Part shown: piece by piece, positions 12,047 through 21,405 of the stretch
Layout: every line of letters begins with the position of its first letter
How positions within the stretch are numbered: position 1 is the stretch's first letter
DNA from: an uncultured Actinomycetes bacterium
GTDB taxonomy: Bacteria > Actinomycetota > Thermoleophilia > RBG-16-64-13
DNA length: 64,000 nt
Assembly (NCBI GenBank): GCA_963706025.1
Contig: CAVPLM010000020.1
Span: 1 to 64,000, forward strand
Direction of reading: 5' to 3'
Made by a program: the position numbers and the translations under genes
The notes under the pieces: generated by a model
What the model was told of the DNA's origin: nothing
The model's database searches: none
The model's input: the letters and a program-made list of their open reading frames with translations, nothing else

Positions 12047-14193
12047 CAGAACACCAGGATGGGCAGACCGTGGATGAGAGCGCAGCCGGTCAGACGACCG
12101 TCAAGACCACCTGCCAGCTCTGGTGCGGTGCCGGCTGCGGCATGCTCGTGCATCTGGAGGACGGCCGGCCTGTCAGGATCGAGGGCGATCCCGATCATCC
12201 GGTCAACCGTGGCATGCTCTGCATCAACGGGCAGGCTGCACTCGAGTACTTGGAGAGCCCCTATCGCCTCACGCACCCGCTGAAGCGGGCTGGGGCCCGG
12301 GGCGCGGGCCGGTGGGAGCGGATCGGCTGGGACGAGGCCCTCGACACCGTCGCCCGGGGACTGAACGAGACCAAGGAGAGGTATTCCGCCGATTCCGTAG
12401 CCTTCATGCAGGGGTGCGCCAAAGGATACGGGGACAGCTACCTCTCTCGTCTCGCCAACGCCTTCGGCACTCCCAACATCGCCTCCATGTCCTATATCTG
12501 CTTCCATCCGCGGCTGCGGGGCCAGTTGGCCACCTACGGCTTCCTTTCTCACCCGGACATCGACCATCCACCCCGCACGATCGTCTTGTGGGGTGCCAAC
12601 CTGACCGCCACCTCCTACCCCGAGGGCTCCCTGATCATCGCGGCCAAAGAACAGGGATCCAGGTTGATCGTTATAGATCCGGCCAAGACCGCCCTGGCCG
12701 AGCGGGCCGACCTCTGGATCAGGCCTCGCCCGTCCTCGGACTTGGCGCTTGCTCTGGCGATGCTGAACGTGATCGTGAACGAGGATCTCTACGACAAGGA
12801 CTTTGTTGCCGAATGGACGGTGGGGTTCGACGAGCTGAAGCGGCACGTGCAGGATTACCGGCCCGAGCAGGTCGCCGACATCACCTGGGTGCCGGCGGAG
12901 TCGATCCGAGAACTGGCGCGGAGCCTCGCCACCGGCGGACCGGCCGTCATCTACTCCGGCAACGGGCAAGACAACAACATCAACAACTACCAGTTCAACC
13001 GAGCTGCCGCCATCTTGCGAGCTGTCACCGGCAACCTCGGCATACCAGGCGGTGAGGTCGACTTCACTCCTCCCGCGGTGGAGTTCGGTGGCTCGGCCGA
13101 GCTCCACCTGCGCGATCTCGTCCCACTGGAGAAGCGTTATCGGCGGATAGGAGCGGAAGAGGGGGTGCTCCCCAACTACTTCTCCGCCCTCCCGCAGAAG
13201 CTGATCAAGGCCATGCTGACCTCCGAGCCGTACCCGGTGCGGGCCGCCTTCATCCAGGGGGGCAGCTTCCTCCACACGTATAGCAACGTCCAGGAAGTCA
13301 GAAAGGCTTTGGAAAGCCTCGATTTCCTGGCGGTCAGCGACTACTTCATGACTCCGACCTCCGAGCTCGCCGATATCGTGCTGCCGGTGTCGATGTTCCT
13401 GGAGATCGACAGCATCAACAACGCCGAGAATGCGCCGGTGACCAGCATCGTCCAGAAGGTGGCACAGGTGGGCGAGTGCCGGTCGGACCTGAGCATCCTG
13501 AGCGAGCTGGGTAAGAGACTGGGACTGGAGGAGCACTTCTGGGAGACAGAGGAGGAGGTGCTCGACTACCTGCTGAAGCCCTCGGGTCTGACGTTTGCCG
13601 AGTTCCGCGAGGTCGGCGTCCTCAGCGGCGCGAAAGCGTACGGCGCCCATCTGGATAACGGCTTCGACACTCCGTCGGGCAAGGTCGAGTTGTACTCGCG
13701 GCAACTGGAGGAATGGGGCTTCGATCCCCTTCCCGTCTATCGAGAGCCACCGGAGTCCCCCCTCAGCTCCCCCGAGCTGGCCGAGGAGTTCCCTCTGGTG
13801 CTCACCAACTCCAAGATCGCGGGATACGTCCATTCCGGAGGTCGGCAGATCGCGTCGCTCCGGCAAACCCATCCGGAGCCCCTCGTGACCATCCACAGCG
13901 ACACCGCGGCCCGGTACGGGATCGAGCCGGGCGACTGGGTGGAGATCAGCACCGCGAGGGGTCGGATCAAGCAACGCGCGGCCCTATCGGACGAGATCGA
14001 CCCCCGGGTCGTCATCGCCGAGCACGGTTGGTACTTCCCGGAGAGAGAGGGCGGCATGCACGGCTGGGCCGAGTCCAATCTGAACGTCCTCACCAGCAAC
14101 GGCCCACCCTATGGGCGCGAACTGGGCTCGGTGACTTTGCGGGGGATCCTCTGCCGGATCGCCAAGGCCGACCAAAGACCGGAGGCCGACTGA
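12043..14193 (+). CDS. Mo/W-bis-MGD oxidoreductase, acetylene-hydratase-like subfamily
   Basis: N-terminal 4Fe-4S motif CQLWCGAGC...LCING, RLTHPLKR, putative metal-ligand SYIC, DYFMTPTSELADIVLP, TPSGKVEL, C-terminal molydop-binding region (HSGGR, AEHGWYFPE); no signal peptide. Confidence 0.9.
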   Translation: MTEHQDGQTVDESAAGQTTVKTTCQLWCGAGCGMLVHLEDGRPVRIEGDPDHPVNRGMLCINGQAALEYLESPYRLTHPLKRAGARGAGRWERIGWDEALDTVARGLNETKERYSADSVAFMQGCAKGYGDSYLSRLANAFGTPNIASMSYICFHPRLRGQLATYGFLSHPDIDHPPRTIVLWGANLTATSYPEGSLIIAAKEQGSRLIVIDPAKTALAERADLWIRPRPSSDLALALAMLNVIVNEDLYDKDFVAEWTVGFDELKRHVQDYRPEQVADITWVPAESIRELARSLATGGPAVIYSGNGQDNNINNYQFNRAAAILRAVTGNLGIPGGEVDFTPPAVEFGGSAELHLRDLVPLEKRYRRIGAEEGVLPNYFSALPQKLIKAMLTSEPYPVRAAFIQGGSFLHTYSNVQEVRKALESLDFLAVSDYFMTPTSELADIVLPVSMFLEIDSINNAENAPVTSIVQKVAQVGECRSDLSILSELGKRLGLEEHFWETEEEVLDYLLKPSGLTFAEFREVGVLSGAKAYGAHLDNGFDTPSGKVELYSRQLEEWGFDPLPVYREPPESPLSSPELAEEFPLVLTNSKIAGYVHSGGRQIASLRQTHPEPLVTIHSDTAARYGIEPGDWVEISTARGRIKQRAALSDEIDPRVVIAEHGWYFPEREGGMHGWAESNLNVLTSNGPPYGRELGSVTLRGILCRIAKADQRPEAD

Positions 14194-14220
14194 AACCTCC
14201 CCGCCGGTTCGCGCAGCGTC

Positions 14221-14646
14221 CTACGCGCAGTACACTCGGACGTTGTCCCCGTTGACCGCGTCCACGTTGACCTCCATCTCGCGCAGAGCCTCGATCAGCT
14301 CTTCCAGGTCCTCGGCCTTGAAGTTCAGGAGATCCACGGACATCCCGTGGTCGCCCATGGACTTGTTGATCTGTTCCATGGCCGGCTGCGGAATGAACGA
14401 GGTCAGCTTGAGCCCGGCCCGCACCAGGCCGAGCGGTACCTTGACGTTCACGTTGTCACCCTTGGCGCTCAGGACCTTCACGTAGATGTACTTGGGAGTC
14501 TCCGTCGATCTGACTTCCGGAGACGTCGCCGCGGTGGCCGGCTGCGAGGAGCGCGACTCCAGGGCATCCAGCAGGCGCCCGGCTTCCTCCGCGGTTATCT
14601 TCCCCGAGACCAGCAGATCCAGTATGCGTTCACGCTCTTGACCCAT
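14221..14646 (-). CDS. SHOCT-like / YvlB-type N-terminal domain protein
   Basis: ERERILDLLVSGKITAEEAGRLLDAL followed by VNVKVPLGLVRAGLK; RBS GGAAAGGAG. Confidence 0.8.
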   Translation of the reverse strand: MGQERERILDLLVSGKITAEEAGRLLDALESRSSQPATAATSPEVRSTETPKYIYVKVLSAKGDNVNVKVPLGLVRAGLKLTSFIPQPAMEQINKSMGDHGMSVDLLNFKAEDLEELIEALREMEVNVDAVNGDNVRVYCA

Positions 14647-14663
14647 CGTGCTCTCCTTTCCTA

Positions 14664-14945
14664 TCAGCGGACCGTCACAGCGACTGTCCGTTCCTTGTCC
14701 TCTATGAACACTTCCGTCCCCCGCGTCTCCCCGACGACCCCCACGCACTCGACGACCAGACGGGTATAGGTCCGTCGCCCGCCCGCGATGAGCCGGGCCG
14801 CGTCGACGATGAGGGTGGCTATCAGCGTCAGCAGCAGAAAGACGAGCAGGAGGGGCCACAGCAAGAAGACGGGGAACCAGATCCGGAACTTGGTGCGCTC
14901 CCGCTCGACGATACGCACCGCGACGGCATAGGGAGGTACTCTCAT
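14664..14945 (-). CDS. small membrane protein of the DUF2089 operon
   Basis: FRIWFPVFLLWPLLL transmembrane segment; ATGA-coupled to the upstream gene. Confidence 0.7.
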   Translation of the reverse strand: MRVPPYAVAVRIVERERTKFRIWFPVFLLWPLLLVFLLLTLIATLIVDAARLIAGGRRTYTRLVVECVGVVGETRGTEVFIEDKERTVAVTVR

Positions 14946-15301
14946 CGCTCCAGCCTTTCCGCGGCTTCCTGGACCGAGATCTCCCCCCGCTCGAGGAGGT
15001 CGAAGACCTCGTCGTGCTCGGTTATCTGCTCCACCTCGACCAGTCGAAGCTGCTGCGTGATGCGGTTCAACCGGTTCTTGACGGTGGGGTAACTGACGCC
15101 GAAAGCCTTCTCCATGTGCTTGATCGATCCGTGGCTACGCACGAACTCGCTCACGAACACCTGATCCTCGTACCGAAGGCCGGCCAAGGGCGGCAACTCG
15201 AATTCGCCACTGATGGCGATGCCGCTCTCCCCGAGCCGTACCTGCGTGATCACGAAAGGGCGATCTCCTGTCAGATCGGTCAGATCCTGCCATTGGCTCA
15301 T
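14942..15301 (-). CDS. DUF2089-family HTH protein
   Basis: ISGEFELP, FVRSHGSIKHMEKAFGVSYPTVKNRLNRI, C-terminal LERGEISVQEA. Confidence 0.88.
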   Translation of the reverse strand: MSQWQDLTDLTGDRPFVITQVRLGESGIAISGEFELPPLAGLRYEDQVFVSEFVRSHGSIKHMEKAFGVSYPTVKNRLNRITQQLRLVEVEQITEHDEVFDLLERGEISVQEAAERLER

Positions 15302-15334
15302 GCATGCACCCCCTTTGATTGAATATCCTGAGCT

Positions 15335-15379
15335 ATTGTAGGATGAGATATTAATAAAGTCAAGTCTTATCTTAATAAA
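15335..15379 (-). promoter_or_regulatory. sigmaA-type promoter (TTGACT-17-TACAAT) with two TTTATTAA direct repeats
   Basis: -35 at 15363-15358, -10 at 15340-15335; TTAATAAA (+ strand) at 15351-15358 and 15372-15379, 21 bp apart. Confidence 0.75.
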
Positions 15380-15457
15380 CTGTATTCGGTCGCCCCAAGG
15401 ACCCCGTGGTTGCGTTCCATTCAGGCGTGTGGCGTCCTGACGGGGGCTCCCTGACAC

Positions 15458-15501
15458 TTGACAGCCTCAGCCCCCGAGCATAAGATATATCGTGATATAT
15501 C
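15458..15501 (+). promoter_or_regulatory. sigmaA-type promoter (TTGACA-17-TAAGAT) overlapped by a GATATATC-GT-GATATATC inverted repeat (probable PadR operator)
   Basis: TTGACA 15458-15463, TAAGAT 15481-15486, palindrome 15484-15501, directly upstream of the padR-family gene. Confidence 0.75.
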
Positions 15502-15591
15502 ATCGACAGTACCAACGCCGCGCGGCGGATGACGAGCATCGTCGCCACGCTTTCATCTACACACCGTTTCGACGTCAAGGAGGAGACAACC

Positions 15592-16104
15592 ATGCATCCC
15601 GGATACGGACCAGAGAGATTCATGCGTCACATGCACGGGCCGGGGTCCCACTTCTTCGAAAGAGGCGGTATCAGATTCGCCATCCTTGAACTCCTGCGAG
15701 ACAAGCCGCGGCACGGCTACGAGATCATCCGAGAGATGGAAGAGCGCTCGGGAGGCTTCTATAGCCCCAGTCCAGGGGCGGTCTATCCCACTCTGCAGGC
15801 ACTCGAGGACCAGGACTTCGTCAGCTCGACGACCGAAGGGGGCAAGCGGGTCTACTCCGTGACCGAGGAGGGTCTCGCCTACCTGGAGACCCACAAGGAA
15901 CAGGCCCGGGGCCACCGCGAGCGATGGGAGGCCCATTGCGGTGCGCACAGTGAAGGTCGAGACGCGATGAGAGAGATGAAGGAAACTCTCGCCGACGTCA
16001 TGCGGGCGGTGCGCGGGAGCGCCTGTGACCCTGCAAAGATGAAAGAGATAAACGAGGTGCTGCTGGAGGCGGCCAAGAAGGTCAGAGAGATCTCCAGGCG
16101 CTGA
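15592..16104 (+). CDS. PadR-family transcriptional regulator (YqjI-like)
   Basis: ILELLRDKPRHGYEII...YSPSPGAVYPTLQALED...KRVYSVTEEG; His-rich N-terminus; RBS AAGGAGGAG. Confidence 0.92.
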   Translation: MHPGYGPERFMRHMHGPGSHFFERGGIRFAILELLRDKPRHGYEIIREMEERSGGFYSPSPGAVYPTLQALEDQDFVSSTTEGGKRVYSVTEEGLAYLETHKEQARGHRERWEAHCGAHSEGRDAMREMKETLADVMRAVRGSACDPAKMKEINEVLLEAAKKVREISRR

Positions 16105-16174
16105 CGCAGCCTGCTCGACCTATCCCTTTCGCGCTGAAGAGCGGCGGCTCTTGAGTGTATGCTGTCCCTGCCTA

Positions 16175-16192
16175 AGAACTCGTTTCAGAATG
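16175..16192 (+). repeat. dispersed 18-bp motif AGAACTCGTTTCAGAATG, copy 1
   Basis: Identical copy at 33481-33498; 16/18 copy at 34242-34259. Confidence 0.8.
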
Positions 16193-16254
16193 GAGCTCCG
16201 CCGTCAGGGACGCCCTGGGCGAGCGCGAGCCGCGCGGACACTAAGGGGGATCGT

Positions 16255-17079
16255 ATGCCGGACGCATCGCCGTGGATCACCGTTGGGGAGTTGGCTCATG
16301 CCTTCGCCCCCGACAACAACTCACCTCCCGCGACGGAAGATTTGGCCGGCAAGACGCTCACCTTCGCTTTGGAGAACGGCCAGGCCATCGAGCACCGGTT
16401 CGAGACCGGTAACAACCTTACCTGGGAGATCACACAAGGTACGGGCAAAGGACGACGCGACGACGAGACCTACCTCGCCGTGAAGATACGGGACGGGATC
16501 TACTTCGTCGACTACGTCAAGCACCAGGAACGAGCGACGAGCGTCACCCTGCTGGTCGACCTGGACCTAGCCATCTTGACCGCTTTGATCGGCCGGTTGC
16601 CGGAACCGTCGGAGACCAAGCTCACGCTGATGGAGCGGATCGCGGGGGGTAGGGAGCTGACGAGCGTGCATGCGCTCTTCCTGAGTGGCGCCGTGAACGC
16701 GCCGTTCACGGCGGAGACGCCCCGTCACGGCACCACCGACGACCTCGTGGGGAGGCGAGTGGAGTACACCTACAGCCCTACAGAGCGCTACGAACACGTC
16801 TACCTCAACGAGCGCTTCTATACGTGGCACTGCCTTCTCGGCTCAGAGAAAGGACTCGGAGACACCGACCGTTGCCACTACTACAAGCTGGCGAAAGATC
16901 TCTACCTGTTCGTGTGGAGGGAGAAGATCGTGCCCACCCTCGGGGTGGTGGTCGTCGACTTCGACAAGATGAGGACCGCGGGCAAGATCTTCGGTTACGA
17001 CGGCGGCGATCCCGGCAAGTTGTCCAATTTCCCCGTCGGCGCGCATGCGCGGCTGCTGAACGTGACCAAGCGAGACTGA
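16255..17079 (+). CDS. MoaF-like protein (tandem beta-barrel)
   Basis: WITVGELAHAF, IRDGIYFVDY, DLVGRRVEYTYSPTERYEHVYLN, WHCLLGSEKGLGDTDRC, LYLFVWREKIVPTLG. Confidence 0.8.
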   Translation: MPDASPWITVGELAHAFAPDNNSPPATEDLAGKTLTFALENGQAIEHRFETGNNLTWEITQGTGKGRRDDETYLAVKIRDGIYFVDYVKHQERATSVTLLVDLDLAILTALIGRLPEPSETKLTLMERIAGGRELTSVHALFLSGAVNAPFTAETPRHGTTDDLVGRRVEYTYSPTERYEHVYLNERFYTWHCLLGSEKGLGDTDRCHYYKLAKDLYLFVWREKIVPTLGVVVVDFDKMRTAGKIFGYDGGDPGKLSNFPVGAHARLLNVTKRD

Positions 17080-17124
17080 GCCAAGACCGAGGGCGGATCG
17101 GGCGCGACTGAGACCGGCCGCGGC

Positions 17125-17871
17125 CTACCTCGTCCCCTTTGTCGCGGCTGCCTGCGCAAGTGACCCTCCGCGAGCGCGTATCAGATCGTCGAGAAACTTG
17201 GCGTGCAGTGAGCTTCTCGGGTCGTCCGCCCAGCGGCACAGCAGTTCGAACATGGGCCGGGTCACCGTGAAGGCGAGCATCCACGGCTCGAGGTAGGTCC
17301 GCATGGCGTGATCGACGGCCCCGACCAGGGCCTGGGGCGCCTCGAGGTCATCGAAGAGCGTGGTCAGCTGCATGCAACCGGATCCGAACCGGCTGAGCAC
17401 CGGCGGCAGGTCGTCGGGACGGCTGTAGTAGGTCGCCCCCACGCTGAGCACGGAGAGCTGGTCCGGGTTCACGTAGAAGGTCACCGTGCGCAGATACTGG
17501 TACTGATCGGGGCGCAGGGGACCGACCAGCACGTGATCGTGGACGGGCTCGTAGTGCGTAGCGGAATCCAACCAGAGATCCATGAGCTCGTGCGATGACC
17601 GGAGACCTTCCTCATCGCAGAGGAACTCCACCATCTCCTGGCGCGGGCGCACGTCGACCCCCAAGAGATGACCGGCCCCGCAGCCGTGCTTCTCCCGGGT
17701 GATGTGAAGGGTCTTGCCCTGACGCCAGGACTTGAAGGAGGCGAAGACGCATTGACGAGCCCCAGGGACCACCAGCGGCTCGAAGGGGGCCGGGTCGGGC
17801 GCATCATAGAAACCTATCAGTGGGACCGCTATCGAAAGCCGCTCGAGTATCTGCGAAGGGTCAGGCTGCAT
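17125..17871 (-). CDS. DUF169-like protein
   Basis: CVF...GKTL...[34 protein letters not shown]; RBS GAAAGGAG. Confidence 0.7.
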   Translation of the reverse strand: MQPDPSQILERLSIAVPLIGFYDAPDPAPFEPLVVPGARQCVFASFKSWRQGKTLHITREKHGCGAGHLLGVDVRPRQEMVEFLCDEEGLRSSHELMDLWLDSATHYEPVHDHVLVGPLRPDQYQYLRTVTFYVNPDQLSVLSVGATYYSRPDDLPPVLSRFGSGCMQLTTLFDDLEAPQALVGAVDHAMRTYLEPWMLAFTVTRPMFELLCRWADDPRSSLHAKFLDDLIRARGGSLAQAAATKGTR

Positions 17872-17972
17872 GGTCGCTCCTTTCCTCACACGCGGCGTGC
17901 GCGCGATGCCTATCAGCATGCCCTATTCTAGAGGCAGTCCTCCTGGTGAGGGAAACGAACGAAGGAGGAGCC

Positions 17973-18278
17973 ATGCTCGTGGTCAACGTGCATGTCTGGG
18001 TCAAGCCGGACTACGTGGAGCAGTTCAAACTGGCGACCGGCGAGAACGCCCGCCAGAGCATCCGAGAGCCGGGAGTGGCGCGATTCGATGTCCTGCAGCG
18101 CCAGGACGATCCCACTCGCTTCCTCCTGGTGGAGGTGTACCGCACGGCCGACGCGCCTGCAGCCCACAAAGATACCGAGCACTATCAGACCTGGAGAGAC
18201 GTGGTGGAGCCGATGATGGCCGAGCCACGTACCGGCGAGAAGTACACGAACGTGTTTCCCGAGGATAAGGATTGGTGA
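17973..18278 (+). CDS. antibiotic-biosynthesis-monooxygenase (LsrG-like) protein
   Basis: [44 protein letters not shown]; RBS GGAGGAG. Confidence 0.88.
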   Translation: MLVVNVHVWVKPDYVEQFKLATGENARQSIREPGVARFDVLQRQDDPTRFLLVEVYRTADAPAAHKDTEHYQTWRDVVEPMMAEPRTGEKYTNVFPEDKDW

Positions 18279-18279
18279 G

Positions 18280-19434
18280 GTGCGCTTCGAGTTCGCGACC
18301 GCCGCCAGGATCGTCTTCGGTGCGGGCACGCTGAGAGAGGCCGCCCCGCTCGCCCGGAGCTTCGGCGAACGCGCTCTGGTGGTGACGGGTAGCGCGCCGG
18401 CCCGTGCCGAACCCTTGCTTCGCCTGCTGGAGGAACAAGGGGTGGATGCGGTGGTCTACCCGGTTGCCGGCGAGCCGGAGATCGACACGATCCGTAGCGG
18501 CGTGGAGCTGGCGAGGGCCGACCGCTGTGACCAGGTCATCGGCTTCGGCGGCGGTGCTGCCATAGATGCCGGGAAAGCCATCGCGGCAATGCTCGCGAAC
18601 CCAGGTGAGCTCCTGGATTACCTGGAGGTCGTCGGACGGGGACAGGAACTGACCAGGCCTCCAGCGCCATTCATCGCCATACCGACCACCGCCGGCACGG
18701 GTACGGAGGTCACGCGCAACGCCGTGCTCGCGGCACCGGAGCATCGCGTCAAAGTCAGCCTGCGCAGCCCCCTCATGCTGCCGAGGGTGGCCCTCGTCGA
18801 CCCGGAGCTGACGTACGACCTCCCCCCGACCCTCACCGCGACCACCGGAATGGATGCCCTGGCGCAGTTGATCGAGCCGTTCGTGAGTACCCGCGCCAAC
18901 CCCATGACCGACGCGCTGTGCGTGGAGGGGATCGAGCGGGTGGCGCGGTCGCTGCGGCGGGCTTTCTTGAACGGGCGCGATGCCGGGGCGCGCGAAGACA
19001 TGGCGGTCGCCGGCCTTTTCGGGGGGCTGGCCCTCGCGAACGCGGGGCTGGGCGCGGTCCACGGGCTCGCCGGGCCTCTGGGGGGTATGTTCCCGGTGCC
19101 TCATGGCGCCGTCTGCGCGGCCCTACTGCCCCATGTTGCGGCGGCCAACCTGCGCGCGCTCCGCGAGCGCGCGCCGCAGAGTGAGGCGCTGGACCGCTAC
19201 CAAAGGGTCGCGGCGATCGTCACCGGGCGCGCCGGCGCCGCGGCCGAGGAGGGCGTGCAGTGGCTGAGCGATCTGGTCGCCGACCTCAAGATCCCGCCAC
19301 TCTCCGGCTACGGCATAGGGCGCAACGCCGCCGACGAACTGGTCGAGAAGGCCGCGCGGTCCAGCAGCATGAAGGGCAACCCCATCACACTGACCCCCGA
19401 AGAGCTGGCCGACATCTTCGAAGCAGCGTTATGA
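18280..19434 (+). CDS. iron-containing alcohol dehydrogenase
   Basis: GFGGGAAIDAGK, IPTTAGTGTEVT, VDPELT, GMDALAQ, GLGAVHGLA, PHGAVC. Confidence 0.92.
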   Translation: MRFEFATAARIVFGAGTLREAAPLARSFGERALVVTGSAPARAEPLLRLLEEQGVDAVVYPVAGEPEIDTIRSGVELARADRCDQVIGFGGGAAIDAGKAIAAMLANPGELLDYLEVVGRGQELTRPPAPFIAIPTTAGTGTEVTRNAVLAAPEHRVKVSLRSPLMLPRVALVDPELTYDLPPTLTATTGMDALAQLIEPFVSTRANPMTDALCVEGIERVARSLRRAFLNGRDAGAREDMAVAGLFGGLALANAGLGAVHGLAGPLGGMFPVPHGAVCAALLPHVAAANLRALRERAPQSEALDRYQRVAAIVTGRAGAAAEEGVQWLSDLVADLKIPPLSGYGIGRNAADELVEKAARSSSMKGNPITLTPEELADIFEAAL

Positions 19435-20592
19435 GCCCCCGAGAGACTCGGGGCAGACGTGAACGGCCTGGGGAGGGATCCACAGCCCCACTCGTGAGCC
19501 CACGGTGAGCCCCATCCGCTGAACGTCGGGGCGCAGCACGTGCACGACGAAAAGAGGGGGCACGTCCACCTCCACTGCAGCGTGAACACTCCGGATTTGG
19601 ACGTCCCGCACCGTCCCTTCCAGCCGATTCATGGTTCTCGTGAGGCCCTGCGGGACACGTGCGGCAAGAGGCTCATCTGGATCGAGGAGGACGATCTCCT
19701 CGGCTCGAACTACCGCCACCGAGTCGTGGCCGATAGACTCATCGTACTCCGTGTCGATCCCGATCTCGATATGGCCTCCAGAACCGTCGCCCTTGGGACC
19801 GCCGACGGAGCTTTCCCGTAGTCGGATCCGCGTGCCCCCGTCCTCACGGGTGACAGAAAGGATCGGGAACACGTTGGTCATCCCGAGCAGTCGAGCAGTC
19901 TCCGCATCGATGGGCCGCTGGATCACGTCGGAGGGAATGCCGACCTGCCTTAGGTCCCCATCGATGAGGACCGCGATACGGTCACCCAGAGCGAGCGCTT
20001 CATCCAGGTCGTGGGTCACGTGCAGGACGGTCGTGCCCAATTCTCGATGCAGGCGCCTCAGCTCGATCCTCAGTTCTCGACGCGTCTTCCGATCGAGGGC
20101 GGACAGAGGCTCATCCAGCAGAAGGACGTCGGGTTCGATGGCTAGAGCTCGGGCCAGAGCGACCCTCTGCTGCTCCCCTCCCGAAAGCGTGTCCGGGTAC
20201 CGCTCGAGGAGCTGCTCGATGCCGAGGAGCGAGGCCAGCGCGACAACTCTTTCCTGGTCCACCCCGTTCCGGCCGGCGCGGGTGCGGGGCCCCCTCATGC
20301 TCAGTCCGAAGGCGATGTTCTTTGCCACGGGCAGATGCGGGAACAGGGCGTAGTCCTGGTAGACGAAACCGACGCGACGCCGCTCCGGCGGCTCTTCGGT
20401 CACATCACGATCGCCGAACCAGATGCGCCCGTCTCTTGGCTGTCGTAGCCCGGCCAGGGTCTCAAGGAGCACGGTCTTGCCCGATCCGGTGGGACCGAGA
20501 AAGACCAGGAACTCGCCTTTCTCCACCGACAGTTCTTCGATACGGAGCGAGAAGTCACCCGCGGCCACGTGGAGTCCCTCGAGCCGGATCAT
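19429..20592 (-). CDS. wtpC: tungstate/molybdate ABC transporter ATPase with C-terminal TOBE-like domain
   Basis: Walker A GPTGSGKT, FVYQDYALFPH, LSGGEQQR, LLLDEP, HVTHD; ATGA-coupled to the permease. Confidence 0.85.
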   Translation of the reverse strand: MIRLEGLHVAAGDFSLRIEELSVEKGEFLVFLGPTGSGKTVLLETLAGLRQPRDGRIWFGDRDVTEEPPERRRVGFVYQDYALFPHLPVAKNIAFGLSMRGPRTRAGRNGVDQERVVALASLLGIEQLLERYPDTLSGGEQQRVALARALAIEPDVLLLDEPLSALDRKTRRELRIELRRLHRELGTTVLHVTHDLDEALALGDRIAVLIDGDLRQVGIPSDVIQRPIDAETARLLGMTNVFPILSVTREDGGTRIRLRESSVGGPKGDGSGGHIEIGIDTEYDESIGHDSVAVVRAEEIVLLDPDEPLAARVPQGLTRTMNRLEGTVRDVQIRSVHAAVEVDVPPLFVVHVLRPDVQRMGLTVGSRVGLWIPPQAVHVCPESLGGS

Positions 20593-21392
20593 CTCCCCCC
20601 GTTCTTCTTCCGCCGAGGCAATAGGAAGATCCGGGTGACCACGAAGATCACAAGAGCCAAGACCAGCAGCAGCGCCGTTATCGGGAGCGCAGCCGACAGG
20701 CCAAAGCCGGCGAAGCGCTCGTAGACCAGCACCGAGATGACCTTGGGGTTGTAGGCGAGGATCACCACCGCGCCGAACTCGCTGATGCCCCGCGCCCACA
20801 TCAGCACCGACCCTCCGACGATCCCGCGCCAGGCAAGCGGCAGAGTCACCCGACGGAAGGCCGTCAGGGGGCTCGCCCCCAGAGTGCGGGCCACCCGCTC
20901 CAGGCGCTCGTCCACCAGGGCGATCGACTCCCGGGCCGTGTCGATCAGGATGGGGACGCTCACGAAGAGCATGGCGATGACGATACCGGCCATGTTCTCG
21001 GTGAAATACACGCCCACCGATTCCAGCGGTTCCCCGAGAAGACCCCGGCGGCCGAAAACCATGAGCAGCGCGATCCCCGCCGCCGTGTGCGGGATGATGA
21101 TGGGCAGATCGATCAGGCCCTGAAGCAGGCTCTTACCCGGGAATTCCCGGCGGGCGAGGAGGTAGGCCAGCGGCACCCCCAGCACGAGGGCGATGAGCGT
21201 CGCGATGAACGCCGCTACGAAGGTGATCCAGAGGGAGGTGAGCACGCTCCTGTCGCTCAGACCCGAGACCACCTCTCCCGGGGAAGTGCCGAGGAAAGTG
21301 GCCAGCAAGGGGAGCACAAGAAAGAGGACGACGAGAAGCCCCGCGAACGAGAAGACCCAGTCGAGTCGACTGAGGGCACGGACCCGGTTCAT
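20589..21392 (-). CDS. wtpB: tungstate/molybdate ABC transporter permease
   Basis: GVPLAYLLAR, DLPIIIPHTAAGIALL, LERVARTLGAS, WARGISEFGAVVILAY. Confidence 0.88.
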   Translation of the reverse strand: MNRVRALSRLDWVFSFAGLLVVLFLVLPLLATFLGTSPGEVVSGLSDRSVLTSLWITFVAAFIATLIALVLGVPLAYLLARREFPGKSLLQGLIDLPIIIPHTAAGIALLMVFGRRGLLGEPLESVGVYFTENMAGIVIAMLFVSVPILIDTARESIALVDERLERVARTLGASPLTAFRRVTLPLAWRGIVGGSVLMWARGISEFGAVVILAYNPKVISVLVYERFAGFGLSAALPITALLLVLALVIFVVTRIFLLPRRKKNGGR

Positions 21393-21405
21393 CCAGAGGA
21401 CCTCG

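Noticed and set aside
11410-13974. 854-aa minus-strand ORF, and similar long antisense or alternate-frame ORFs (9932..11386, 8354..9757, 54626..55834, 58465..59868, 34554..35645)
   Set aside because: Shadow ORFs of well-supported genes, expected in high-GC DNA; no motifs and atypical composition.
12043-14193. Selenocysteine recoding in the Mo/W enzyme or other redox genes
   Set aside because: The reading frames are open with Cys codons at ligand positions; no in-frame TGA needs readthrough.
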